A DNA stretch of 57,774 bases, from the NCBI GenBank assembly GCA_963775425.1, contig CAVZJB010000009.1, positions 336,616-394,389 of the forward strand, written 5' to 3'. A program made the translations under genes and the position numbers. The notes beneath the pieces are model-generated. The model ran no database searches and was not told where the DNA came from. It was given only the letters and a program-made list of their open reading frames with translations. Shown in pieces: positions 15,884 through 24,703 of the stretch (its first letter is position 1; each line of letters opens with the position of its first letter). Source of the stretch: an uncultured delta proteobacterium (lineage in GTDB: Bacteria > Myxococcota > UBA727 > VGSZ01).

Positions 15884-17602
15884 GTGAAGGCCGCGCTCTC
15901 CGCACTCCTGATCGGGGATCCGGGCTCGCCGTGGATGGCGCGCACGACCTCCATCCTCGGGCAATACGGGGCCGACTTCATCGTCGCCGACGGGTTTGGT
16001 GAGGCCACGGAGGCGTTTTCGGACGTCGACGTGGTGGTGGTCCACGTCACGCCGGGCGGAGACCCGCTCGTCGAAATCGCAGCCCTTTGGGAGGTCCGGG
16101 CGCAGGTGCCCGTCATCTTCCTCGGCGACGACATCGACGACGATCTCCGCTCGGCCGCGTTCGAGGCCGGCATCGCCCATGTCACGCGCGGAGAGCCCAC
16201 GCCCGAAGAGCTCATCGCGATGATGCACATGGCGACCGAGCAGAGCAGGGTCGGCTCGCCGGAGCTCGTGCGCGCCATGTGCCGGACCATGTGCACGCTG
16301 TCGACGCTGGTGGCGTCGGCGAAGGACACGAGCTTCCTCGGCGCCGCCGTGCTCCAGGTGAGCGCGCTGTTTCAGGCCCCCATCGTGTCGATCATGCTGT
16401 TCGACGACGACGATCCCCACGCGCCCCTCCGCGTGGTGGCCCAGGTGGGCCTCGGCGCGGGCGCGGTCTTCTCGTCGCCGCGGCGAGGCGGCGTGGCCGA
16501 GCGCGTGGCGCACGCGCGCGTCCCGCGCATCATCCTGCGCGACGCAAAGCGCGACGACGCGTTCCCGGGCGTGGCGGGCCGCGCCGAGATCACGGGTTCC
16601 ATGTGCGTGCCCATTCCGGCCACCACCTTCGGTGGCGCGGTCGCGCGCCCGCGCGGTGTCATCAACGTCGCCAAGACCCGGCCGTGCGCCGTGTTCACGC
16701 CGCGCGACCTCGACGTGTGCGTCTCTCTCGCCGGACTCATCGGCGACGCCCTGATGCTCATGGAGAGCCGCGAGCTCCACAACACCCTGCAGCAGCGCCT
16801 TCAGGCCGTCGAGCGCTTGAGCACCGTCGGCGAGATCGCCGGCGGCATCGCGCACGAGGTGGCCAACCCCATCAGCTGCGTGCGCGCCAACGTCGACACG
16901 ATGATCGAGTATATGCGCGACCTCGGGCCCGTCCTGCAGCAGGCCGACGAGGACCACCCGGAGCTGCGCCCCATCCTCGACGACCTTCCGTCGGTGCTGT
17001 GCGAGACCTGGGAGGGCCTCGCGCGGGCCGAGGACGTCGTGCGCCAGATGAAGGCGCTGGTTCGCATGAACGGACCCGTCGGGCGCGACGAGCGCGTGTC
17101 CCTCTCCCACCTCGTCGAGGACAACATGCGGCTGCTCCGGCCCCGGCTGCGGGTGCCCGTCGAGCTCAACCTCGAGAACGACGTCGTGGTGCGGGGCTCC
17201 ACCGTGGAGCTGTCGCAGGCGTTCCTGAACCTCATCGTGAACGCCGCCGACGCGTGCGAGGAGCGACACCTGAAAGAGCCCGAGCTCGAGCCCAAGGTGA
17301 AGGTCGGCGTGGCCGTGGACGGCAAGAACGCCGCCATCCACGTCGTCGACAACGGCGCCGGTATGCCCGCGGACGTGATGAAGCGGATCTTCCTGCCGCT
17401 GTTCACCACCAAGAGCGGCGAGCGTGGCACCGGCCTCGGGCTCAGCATCGTTCGTCGCGTGGTGGAGGAGCACGGCGGCAACGTACGCGTGCACTCCACG
17501 CCCAACTCCGGGACCGCGTTCATCGTCACGCTGCCCCTGATGGACGGCGCCGCGGACTCGCGGGCCCCGGTCGACGCGGACGTCATCGGCCCGATGGCTT
17601 GA
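15884..17602 (+). CDS. sensor histidine kinase with a GAF-like sensory region (HisKA + HATPase_c)
   Basis: H-box ERLSTVGEIAGGIAHEVANPIS. N, G1 and G2 boxes present (LIVNAADA, VDNGAGMP, GTGLGLSIV). GAF-like stretch upstream. Start set to the in-frame GTG at 15884 just after the receiver stop. The ORF-track ATG at 15839 would overlap the receiver gene by 41 nt. ATG 15935 is an alternative. Confidence 0.8.
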   Translation: MKAALSALLIGDPGSPWMARTTSILGQYGADFIVADGFGEATEAFSDVDVVVVHVTPGGDPLVEIAALWEVRAQVPVIFLGDDIDDDLRSAAFEAGIAHVTRGEPTPEELIAMMHMATEQSRVGSPELVRAMCRTMCTLSTLVASAKDTSFLGAAVLQVSALFQAPIVSIMLFDDDDPHAPLRVVAQVGLGAGAVFSSPRRGGVAERVAHARVPRIILRDAKRDDAFPGVAGRAEITGSMCVPIPATTFGGAVARPRGVINVAKTRPCAVFTPRDLDVCVSLAGLIGDALMLMESRELHNTLQQRLQAVERLSTVGEIAGGIAHEVANPISCVRANVDTMIEYMRDLGPVLQQADEDHPELRPILDDLPSVLCETWEGLARAEDVVRQMKALVRMNGPVGRDERVSLSHLVEDNMRLLRPRLRVPVELNLENDVVVRGSTVELSQAFLNLIVNAADACEERHLKEPELEPKVKVGVAVDGKNAAIHVVDNGAGMPADVMKRIFLPLFTTKSGERGTGLGLSIVRRVVEEHGGNVRVHSTPNSGTAFIVTLPLMDGAADSRAPVDADVIGPMA

Positions 17603-17697
17603 TCAGCGCGGCCGCTCCCTCCGGTCGCTGATCCGCGCGGCCGCTCCCGGGTGAGCAAGTCCGCTCACGCGAATGGATCAGGCTCAAGTCCACCGCC

Positions 17698-19393
17698 GTG
17701 CCGCCGATGGTGTGCGCAGAAGCGAACACATTGGAGGCAGTTGTGGTTTCAGTCGCACTTCAGATCCTCGACGTCCTGCGGGAAAACGGCGTCGACACCG
17801 TCTTCGGCATCCCCGGCGGCGCCATCTCACGCGTCTACGCCGAGCTGGTGAACCGCCCCGGCATCCGCGTGGTGAACGCGACGCACGAGACGAACGCCGT
17901 CTTCATGGCCATCGGGCATGCGCTCGCCACGGGCAAGCCCGCGGTGGCGTTGACGACGTCGGGCCCGGGCTTCACCAACGCCCTGACCGGGCTCGCCTCC
18001 GCGCAGGCGGACGGCGTCCCCGTGCTCGTCATCTCCGGCGAAGTGCCGCGCTCCGCCTTCGGGCGGGGGGCGTTGCAGGAGGGGATCGTCCTACGGCTTC
18101 GACGCGCTCGCCATGGCGCGGCCCGTCTGCAAGTTCGCCACGCAACTGGCGCGCCCCAACGCGGCGGTGACCACCGTTCGCAAGGCATTGGCGACGATGC
18201 AGTCCGGCAAGCCGGGGCCGGCGTTCATCTCCTTGCCGCTCGACATCTCCAACGCCGACGTTGCGCAGCAGACCTACGCCGGCCACCCGCACCTCACGTT
18301 CGAGATCGATCAGGTGGCCTGCCGCAACGCCGCGGAGGTCCTCTGCAAGGCGAAGCGGCCGCTCCTCGTCGTCGGCGCGGGCGCGCGGGCCACCAAGGAT
18401 CGCCAGGCGATCGCGGAGCTGGCGCACCGCACGCGCACCCCCGTGGCGGTGACGCCCAAAGGCAAGGGCGTGTTCGCTGAAGACGACGAGCTCTACCTTG
18501 GTGTGCTCGGCTTCGGCGGACACGAGTCCGTGATCGACTACCTGAAGCAGGAGCCCGACGTCATCCTCGTGGCCGGCTCGTCGCTCAATGACTTCGCCAC
18601 GAACGCGTGGACCCCGCTGCTCGGCACCGCCAAGACCTTCATCCAGATCGACGTCGACGCGGGGCAGCTCGGCAAGAACTACCCGGTCGACATCGGCCTG
18701 CTCGGACCGCTGCACGAGATCATGGGCGAGATGCTGCTTCACACCTGCGACGGCTGTGATCGCGAGCCGTATCCGCGCCTGCGCTTCCAGACCGTTCCCC
18801 CTTCGCCGAGCGGAGCCATCACCACCGTCGACGCCGTTCAGATCATGAACGAGGTGTGCCCACGCGACGCGGTGTTCACCTCGGACATGGGAGAGCACCT
18901 CGGCATCGCCCTCCACTTTCTGCGCACCCGCACGCCGGGATCCTTCGTGACGTGCCTCGGCTTCGGCTCGCTCGGATCCGGCGTGGTCTCCGCCATCGGC
19001 CTGGCGCTCGGTGATCCTCGCCGTCGTGCGTACGCCATCTGCGGCGACGGTGGCTTCCTCATGTCCGGCAACGAGCTGCAGAGCGCGGTGTTGCACGAGG
19101 CGCCGGTCACCTTCGTCCTCATGAACGACAGCCGCTACAACATGTGTCACCACGGCATCAAGGCGCTCTACGGGGCGACCGGCGTCTGCGACATCGGCGC
19201 GGTCGACTTCGCGAAGGTGGCTGACGCGTTCGGGGCCCAGGGTCGCATCGTGCGCACGCCGCGAGAGCTGGTCGACGGGCTCCGCTTGCGCGGGGGGCCC
19301 GTCGTCCTCGACGTCAGAATCGATCCGGAGGTGCGCTTGCCGGCGAGTCAGCGCGAAGCAGGTCTCAAGAGCTTCAAGGATGGTGCAAAGTGA
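17698..19393 (+). pseudogene. thiamine-diphosphate-dependent enzyme (acetolactate-synthase/benzoylformate-decarboxylase family), reading frame broken by a +1 shift near 18080
   Basis: Frame 1 (17698-) gives the TPP_N domain (VDTVFGIPGGAISRVY...TSGPGFTNALTGLASAQADGVPVLVISGEVPRSAFGRGALQEG) and then degenerates into Arg-rich text. A +1 frame continues correctly with SSYGFDALAMARPVCKF (equivalent to the IlvB QEVDTYGISIPITK segment), then the central and TPP-binding domains (GDGGFLMSGNELQSAV). The junction lies in a GAGGGGA run. Genuine frameshift or sequencing error cannot be told apart. Confidence 0.6.
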
Positions 19394-20475
19394 AGTCTGC
19401 AGGAATTCAATCCATCGCCGTCGGCTTTCCCAAGACGGTTCGCAACAACGACTGGTTCCGCGACAATTACCCCGACGCGCTCGCGGCCATGGAGAGCAAG
19501 GCGCTCGCGCAGGTGTTCAGCACCAAAGGGGCGACGGAGAGCACGCGCGCCTTCGACCAGGCGATGACGCAGTACCTGCGCGACCCGTTCCGGGGAACGA
19601 AGCGTCGGCGCGTGTTGGCGCCGGGCGAGAGCCAGATCGAGCTCGAGCGGGACACCGCGCTCGAAGCGCTTTCGAAGGCGAACCTCGCCGTGGAAGACAT
19701 CGACGTCATCTTGACGTCGGCGTTTCCGACGGAGAACGTGGGCGTCGGTGACGGCGTGTTCCTCGCGAAGGCGCTCGGCACGCGGCTGCCCGCGTTCAAC
19801 GTCGAGACCGCCTGCAGCGGCGGCCTCGCGAGCCTCCAACTCGCATCTGCGATGGTGCAGTCGGGACAGGCAAGGAACGTGCTCGTCGTCGTCTCCTGCA
19901 TCTACTCGCGCTGCTGCGATTGGAACGACACGCTGACGTGGTTCCTCGGCGACGGCGTCGGCGCGTACGTCGTCGGCGAAGTGCCCAGAGGTGAAGGCTT
20001 CCACGCGTTCCATGCCCTGAATACCGCGGAGTCCTGCGGCAGCTTCTCCTATGAGCTGGAGATCGAGCAAGGCGCCCCGCGCGCCGTGATCCGGTCGAGC
20101 GCGGCGGCGGGCAAGGCGCTCCGCGACGTCACGCCACGCGCGATCCGTGATGCCTGCGGCGGCGTCCTCAAGAAAGCGAGGCTCACGCTGGACGACATCG
20201 ACTTGTTCGTCCCGAACACGCCGTTGGCGTGGTTCGCCGAGCTCTTTGCGGACACGCTCGGGATCCCCGTGGAAAAGACCGTGTCGACCTACGAGGACTA
20301 CGCCAACATCGGCCCCGCGCTCAACCCGGCGAACCTGCACCGCGCGCTCGTGGATGGGAGAGCGGGCCCCGGGACGCGAGTCCTGTTCTTCTCGATCGGC
20401 TCCGTGTCGACCGCGGCGGCGGCGGTGGCCACGCTCGGGGACGTGGGCGTCGGCTCGCTCGAAGAGACAGGTTGA
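19390..20475 (+). CDS. KAS III (FabH)-like condensing enzyme, thiolase superfamily
   Basis: 361 aa. Active-site Cys context AFNVETACSGGLASLQLA. C-terminal YEDYANIGPALNPANLHRAL resembles the FabH Asn motif. The expected VPHQAN His motif appears as VPNTPLA. GTG start overlaps the upstream stop (GTGA). Confidence 0.75.
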   Translation: MKSAGIQSIAVGFPKTVRNNDWFRDNYPDALAAMESKALAQVFSTKGATESTRAFDQAMTQYLRDPFRGTKRRRVLAPGESQIELERDTALEALSKANLAVEDIDVILTSAFPTENVGVGDGVFLAKALGTRLPAFNVETACSGGLASLQLASAMVQSGQARNVLVVVSCIYSRCCDWNDTLTWFLGDGVGAYVVGEVPRGEGFHAFHALNTAESCGSFSYELEIEQGAPRAVIRSSAAAGKALRDVTPRAIRDACGGVLKKARLTLDDIDLFVPNTPLAWFAELFADTLGIPVEKTVSTYEDYANIGPALNPANLHRALVDGRAGPGTRVLFFSIGSVSTAAAAVATLGDVGVGSLEETG

Positions 20476-20518
20476 CCGGAGTGCACGTCGATGGATTCGA
20501 TCGGTTAGCATCCCCACC

Positions 20519-21118
20519 GTGGTTCTCAGCGCACCTCCCGAGGGCTTCACGATTCCGGATTTCAGCGCGCCGCTCGACGTCGACGCGTACCTGAGTCGGC
20601 TCCCCGCGGGCGCGACGTTCAAGGGCACGGTGGCGGCGGCGACGTTGAACACCCTGCGGACCGCGAACGTCGCGCCACCGACGACCAAGGTCTACACGGA
20701 ATTCCGCGACTACCCGATGCACGAGCTCCTCGAGCTGAACATCGCGAGCGCGCGGGCGCTCTGTCCCGACCTTCCTGTGCGGGAGGGGCTGAGGAGAATC
20801 GGCCGCGCGCTCTTTCCGACGTTCGCGCAGACGCTCATCGGGAGGGTCATGTACGGGGTCTTTGGCGGCAACGTCTCGGCGATCTTTCGGCTCGCCAACA
20901 AGAGCTTCGAGATCACACAGAACACCGGCAAGGTGCGCACCGAGGTCCTCGGCAAAGACACCGTGCTGCTCGCCTTCACCAACACCTACACGTTCCTGAG
21001 TAGTTATCACTACGGCGTGCTCGAGGGCGCGCTCGAGCGTTGCGGGGTGCGCGGCGAGGTGTGGTTCCGCGAGGCGTCGCCTTCCGAGGGAGAGTTCTTC
21101 GTCGCGTGGTCGCCGTAG
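20519..21118 (+). CDS. hypothetical protein resembling the Myxococcus-type paralogous family TIGR02265 / DUF2378
   Basis: 199 aa from GTG (VVLSAPPEGFTIPDF). RALCPDLPVREGLRRIGRALFPTFAQTLIGRV ... YHYGVLEGALERCGVRGEVWFRE matches my recollection of that family. Start is uncertain: no ATG in frame between the fabH-like stop and this GTG. High GC3. Confidence 0.45.
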   Translation: MVLSAPPEGFTIPDFSAPLDVDAYLSRLPAGATFKGTVAAATLNTLRTANVAPPTTKVYTEFRDYPMHELLELNIASARALCPDLPVREGLRRIGRALFPTFAQTLIGRVMYGVFGGNVSAIFRLANKSFEITQNTGKVRTEVLGKDTVLLAFTNTYTFLSSYHYGVLEGALERCGVRGEVWFREASPSEGEFFVAWSP

Positions 21119-21202
21119 AAGCGGAATTCTCGTTGTCGGTCAGAATGCAGAGTCGCGCGCGGTCGATGGACGACGCCGTCGGCGTCCCTTAGGCTGTGCG
21201 CC

Positions 21203-21583
21203 GTGAAGGCCTCGTTGGAACACCTCGCCGCGGCGGTCGCCTCCATGGCCGAGGCGAGCGAAGCGGCTTCGCAGGCGTTATTGACCGCCGGCTACGACAC
21301 GGAGGACATGCCGGTCATCCGGGAGCAGGTCGGGCGCGCGGCCGGCACCGTCGAGGGTCTGTGCACCATCCTCGGCGGCGAGGGAGAGCGGGACGAGGTC
21401 TTCGTTCTCCTTCACCAGATCAACAATCAGCTCACCGGAATCCTCAGCCTCACGTTGCTCGTCAAGGACGACCTCGGGAGCGACCACCCGTCGCGCGCGG
21501 CGCTCGACACGCTCGACGTCGTCTCGCGCGACGCCGCGGCGGTGGTGAGAGACGTCGCCGCGCGGCTCAAGCGCGGGGCTTAG
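21203..21583 (+). CDS. small stand-alone histidine-kinase DHp (HisKA-like) domain protein, possible phosphotransfer or kinase-modulating protein
   Basis: 126 aa. LLHQINNQLTGILSLTLLV resembles an H-box (phospho-acceptor His plus NxLT). No ATPase domain follows. High GC3, while the antisense 150-aa ORF is low-complexity. Confidence 0.55.
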   Translation: MKASLEHLAAAVASMAEASEAASQALLTAGYDTEDMPVIREQVGRAAGTVEGLCTILGGEGERDEVFVLLHQINNQLTGILSLTLLVKDDLGSDHPSRAALDTLDVVSRDAAAVVRDVAARLKRGA

Positions 21584-21766
21584 GGTCCTCGAATGAACAC
21601 GTCGGTCGAAGATCGCGGTCGAGGCGCGCCGATGGCGAGGCGCGAGGAGGGAGCGTGGCCGTCGCCACGTGACCGACGGCAACGAAGCCAGCGGCGATGG
21701 ATCGGCCGCGAGGGCGATCGAGTTGTTCATTCGGGGGCCCTTGGGCGCCCGTCCTGACGAGCGCGC

Positions 21767-23668
21767 TCAGAGCTCGATGCGCTCGCCGTGGCGGGTCATC
21801 ACCTCTGTCACCGCCCGCGTGAGGTCCGCGGGCACGAACGGCTTCTCCAGGCGCACGTTCTGCGTGTTCTCAAAGAGCTCACTCGCGCGTGGCGTGAACG
21901 CGTTGCCCGTCATGAACACGATGCGGGACTTCATGTCGGGCGCGGCGTCGTCGAGGCCCTCGTAGAGATCGACGCCGGAGAAGCCCGGCATCATCAGGTC
22001 GCACAGCACCACGTCGTAGCGCTCGCCGTTGGCGAGCCTGTCGAACGCGGCGCGGCCGCGCCCCTCGACCACGACCTCGATGCCGTGCTTGGTGAGGATG
22101 CGCCGAATGGCGGTGCAGATGAGCGTCTCGTCGTCCACGACGAGGACGCGGGCGCGCGACATGGCCGCGGCGGCGCTTCTGCGCTTGTCCGTGACCGCCG
22201 CGTGGACCGGCTCCGCCGGCGGCAGGGAGATGACGACCGCCGTGCCTTCGTCCGGAACGCTGTCGGCAGTGATGGTGCCGCCGAAGCCGGTGACGATGGT
22301 GTGCGCGATGGACAGGCCGAGGCCGAGGCCTTCGCCCACCGGCTTTGTGGTGAAGAAGGGCTCGAAGATGCGGCCGATGTGTTCCGCGGGGATGCCCTTG
22401 CCGGTGTCGCTGATGCGAATCACGACGCGATCGCCCTCGAGCCCGGTGGACACGGAGATAGTGTGCGCAGGCTTGTCGTCGAGCGCCTGCACCGCGTTGG
22501 TGAGCACGTTGACGAGCACTTGCACGAGCTTGCCCTCGTCGGCGAGGACCGGCGGCGCCGAGCCGAGGCGGAGCTCGAGCTCCGCGCGGTGCTTGATCTC
22601 GGTGTTGACCAGGCGCACAGCGAGGGACGCCGCGCGGTTGACGTCGACGAGGAGCTTTCCGTCCGCCTCCGCGCGCGTGAACACCTTCATGTCCTTGACG
22701 ATGGTGGCCGCGCGGGCCGCGCCGTCGCGGGCCTCGCCGAGCGCGTCGAGCGACTCCGACAGCGCGTCGAGGGAGGCGCGCGACGCGTTGGTGGGGGCGA
22801 GCTCCTCGGTGAGGCGCGTGAGCTCGCCGAGCGCGAATTCGATGTTGCTCGTGACGAACGCCAGGGGGTTGTTCAGCTCGTGCGCGATGCCTGCCGCCAG
22901 TGTCCCGATGGACACCATGCGGTCCGCGAGCGCGAGGCGTTGGGCCAGGCGCCGCTGCTCGGTGATGTCGCGAAACACGACGACGACGCCGTGCAGGGCG
23001 CCGGACTCCTCGATGATGGGAGAAGCGTTGTGCTCGATGATGATGCTCGGCCCGGATCGCGGCACCAGTCGCAAGACCGGCTGGCTCGTCTCTTCAGCGC
23101 TCTTTTCGTTCGCGTCGGCGGTGACGGCGAAGACGTCGTTCAGCGGACGGCCGAGCGCGTCCGCTTCCGACCAACCCGTGAGCTGCTCGGCGGTGGGGTT
23201 CATGAACGTGATGTGCGCGACGTCGTCGGCGGTGATGACGGCGTCGGCGATGGAGCGCAGCGTGGTGGTGTACCAACGCTCGCGCGCCGCAGATTGCCGC
23301 TCGATGTTGCGGCGGAACAGCGCCAGCTCGAAGGCGGACGCGAGCTCCCGCCCCGACACCGGCTTGAGGGCGTAGCCCGCGGGGTGCGCGCGCGCCGTTG
23401 TGCTCAGGACGTCGTGATCGAGCGAGGAGAGGAGCAGCACCACGGGGGCGTCGACGGCCGCTTGCAGGGCCTCGACGTCGTCGAGACACGAGTCGAGCCG
23501 GCCCTCCGGCACGTCGACGAGGATGACGTGTGCGGTGACCGCCGGCCCGTCCTCCAGCGCGTCCGCCGCCGTGCTCGACGACGTCACGTCGTACCCGAGA
23601 CCGGACAGGAGGGGAATCAACGTTGCGCGCAACTGCTCGTCATCGACGAGCAGCAGGACCGAGTGCAT
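21767..23668 (-). CDS. hybrid sensor histidine kinase (REC - PAS - HisKA - HATPase_c - REC)
   Basis: Internal ATG MHSVLLLVDDEQ (N-terminal receiver, Asp in HVILVDVP). PAS-like segment. H-box GTLAAGIAHELNNPLAFV. ATPase boxes (VLTNAVQA, DTGKGIP, GLGLGLSI). C-terminal receiver (RVLVVDDETLI...VVLCDLMMPGFSG). The upstream 227 codons of the ORF-track reading are wrong-frame text. Confidence 0.9.
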   Translation of the reverse strand: MHSVLLLVDDEQLRATLIPLLSGLGYDVTSSSTAADALEDGPAVTAHVILVDVPEGRLDSCLDDVEALQAAVDAPVVLLLSSLDHDVLSTTARAHPAGYALKPVSGRELASAFELALFRRNIERQSAARERWYTTTLRSIADAVITADDVAHITFMNPTAEQLTGWSEADALGRPLNDVFAVTADANEKSAEETSQPVLRLVPRSGPSIIIEHNASPIIEESGALHGVVVVFRDITEQRRLAQRLALADRMVSIGTLAAGIAHELNNPLAFVTSNIEFALGELTRLTEELAPTNASRASLDALSESLDALGEARDGAARAATIVKDMKVFTRAEADGKLLVDVNRAASLAVRLVNTEIKHRAELELRLGSAPPVLADEGKLVQVLVNVLTNAVQALDDKPAHTISVSTGLEGDRVVIRISDTGKGIPAEHIGRIFEPFFTTKPVGEGLGLGLSIAHTIVTGFGGTITADSVPDEGTAVVISLPPAEPVHAAVTDKRRSAAAAMSRARVLVVDDETLICTAIRRILTKHGIEVVVEGRGRAAFDRLANGERYDVVLCDLMMPGFSGVDLYEGLDDAAPDMKSRIVFMTGNAFTPRASELFENTQNVRLEKPFVPADLTRAVTEVMTRHGERIEL

Positions 23669-23732
23669 GACCGTGAATCTAGCAGAGGTCAGGAGGCCCG
23701 GGCCGTCTTGTGCGTCACCGGAGATCGGGGCG

Positions 23733-23762
23733 GCACAGGCCGGGCTTAAGTGCACAGGCCGG
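23733..23762. repeat. direct repeat GCACAGGCCGG x2 (19-bp register) in the divergent kinase / HDOD intergenic region
   Basis: CGGCACAGGCCGGGCTTAAGTGCACAGGCCGGCGCG read from the sequence. Lies between the divergent starts at 23668 (-) and 23871 (+). Coordinates approximate. Confidence 0.6.
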
Positions 23763-23870
23763 CGCGCCGATGACCGATCCGACGTGTCAGCACCAGCCGC
23801 TCCGAGGAACGCCTTGGTCGCCGACCTCTCGGCGGTGGAGCCACGCGCGCTCGCGAGCGTGGAGCGGTTG

Positions 23871-24653
23871 ATGGACGCCCTCGCCCGGGGGCGGCTCCCC
23901 CTGCCGGTGCTGCCCGCGGTGGCCATGGAGCTGTTCGAGCTCGCCTCCGACGCCGACATCCCCTTCGAGCGGCTCGCCCGGCGGGCGGTGACGGACCCGA
24001 ACGTCGCCGCCCGCATCATGGCGCTGGCGTCGTCGTGTGCCTTTGGTGTCAACCGGCCCACCGGCGTGAAGGACGCCCTCGCGCGCATCGGCCTCGACGG
24101 TGTGCGCCACGTGGCGTTCGACATCGCGTACTCCGCCCGCGTTTTGCGCCGCGGGCCGCACCTGCCTCTCGTGGAGCGCGCAGTCCGACATGCGCGCACC
24201 GCGAGCGCGCTGTGTCGCCTGCTCGCGCGCGACGTCGGCATCGCGCCCGGCCCCGCCGCCCTCGCAGGTCTGCTGCACGCGCTCGGGGCCATCGTGATCA
24301 TCGATGACTTGAGCAAGGCGCGGCCGCCCGTGACGGGCCGCGCGGCCATCCTCGCCGTCCGCCGCTTGCACGGCTGGACAGCGGCGCGCGTGGCGGCGCG
24401 CCACCAGGTCGATCCCGATGTGGTCGACGCCCTGGACGAGCATCACCTTCCGACGTCGCGCACGCCGCTGTCTGCGCTCTTGCAGCTCGCCGACCTGATC
24501 TCGCCGAGCGAGCCGGGGGGGCGGGCAATTCCTCTCGGAGACGCGCTCGCGAGGACCGGCCTCCCGCTCGCCGAGCGGGCGGTGCGCGAGCGGCTCTCGC
24601 CGCTGCTGGCGACGTTCGAGGAGTCCCGCCGGGTCCTGCTGCCCGCGTCGTAG
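23871..24653 (+). CDS. HDOD-domain protein (first of two)
   Basis: LPLPVLPAVAMELFELASDADIPFERLARRAVTDPNVAARIMALASSCAFGVNRPTGVKDALARIGLDGVRHVAFDIAYSARV fits the HDOD pattern. Start set to ATG 23871 (GGAG 6 nt upstream). The ORF-track start at 23523 would overlap the divergent kinase gene, and GTG 23784 is an alternative. Confidence 0.6.
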   Translation: MDALARGRLPLPVLPAVAMELFELASDADIPFERLARRAVTDPNVAARIMALASSCAFGVNRPTGVKDALARIGLDGVRHVAFDIAYSARVLRRGPHLPLVERAVRHARTASALCRLLARDVGIAPGPAALAGLLHALGAIVIIDDLSKARPPVTGRAAILAVRRLHGWTAARVAARHQVDPDVVDALDEHHLPTSRTPLSALLQLADLISPSEPGGRAIPLGDALARTGLPLAERAVRERLSPLLATFEESRRVLLPAS

Positions 24654-24703
24654 ATCGCGCGCGCACCCTTAACTCCGGGGCCGTTTGCGACGACTTCACA
24701 GAC

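Noticed and set aside
17603-17660. Inverted repeat GATCAGCG / CGCTGATC and direct repeat GCGCGGCCGCTCCC x2 after the histidine kinase
   Set aside because: Could be a terminator or operator, but the stem is short, the loop is 17 nt and no U-run follows. Recorded but not promoted.
23523-23870. ORF-track start of the first HDOD gene
   Set aside because: Its Met49 codon would overlap the ATG of the divergent hybrid kinase on the opposite strand. The N-terminal 116 residues are Ser/Arg-rich. An RBS-preceded ATG at 23871 starts exactly at the HDOD domain.
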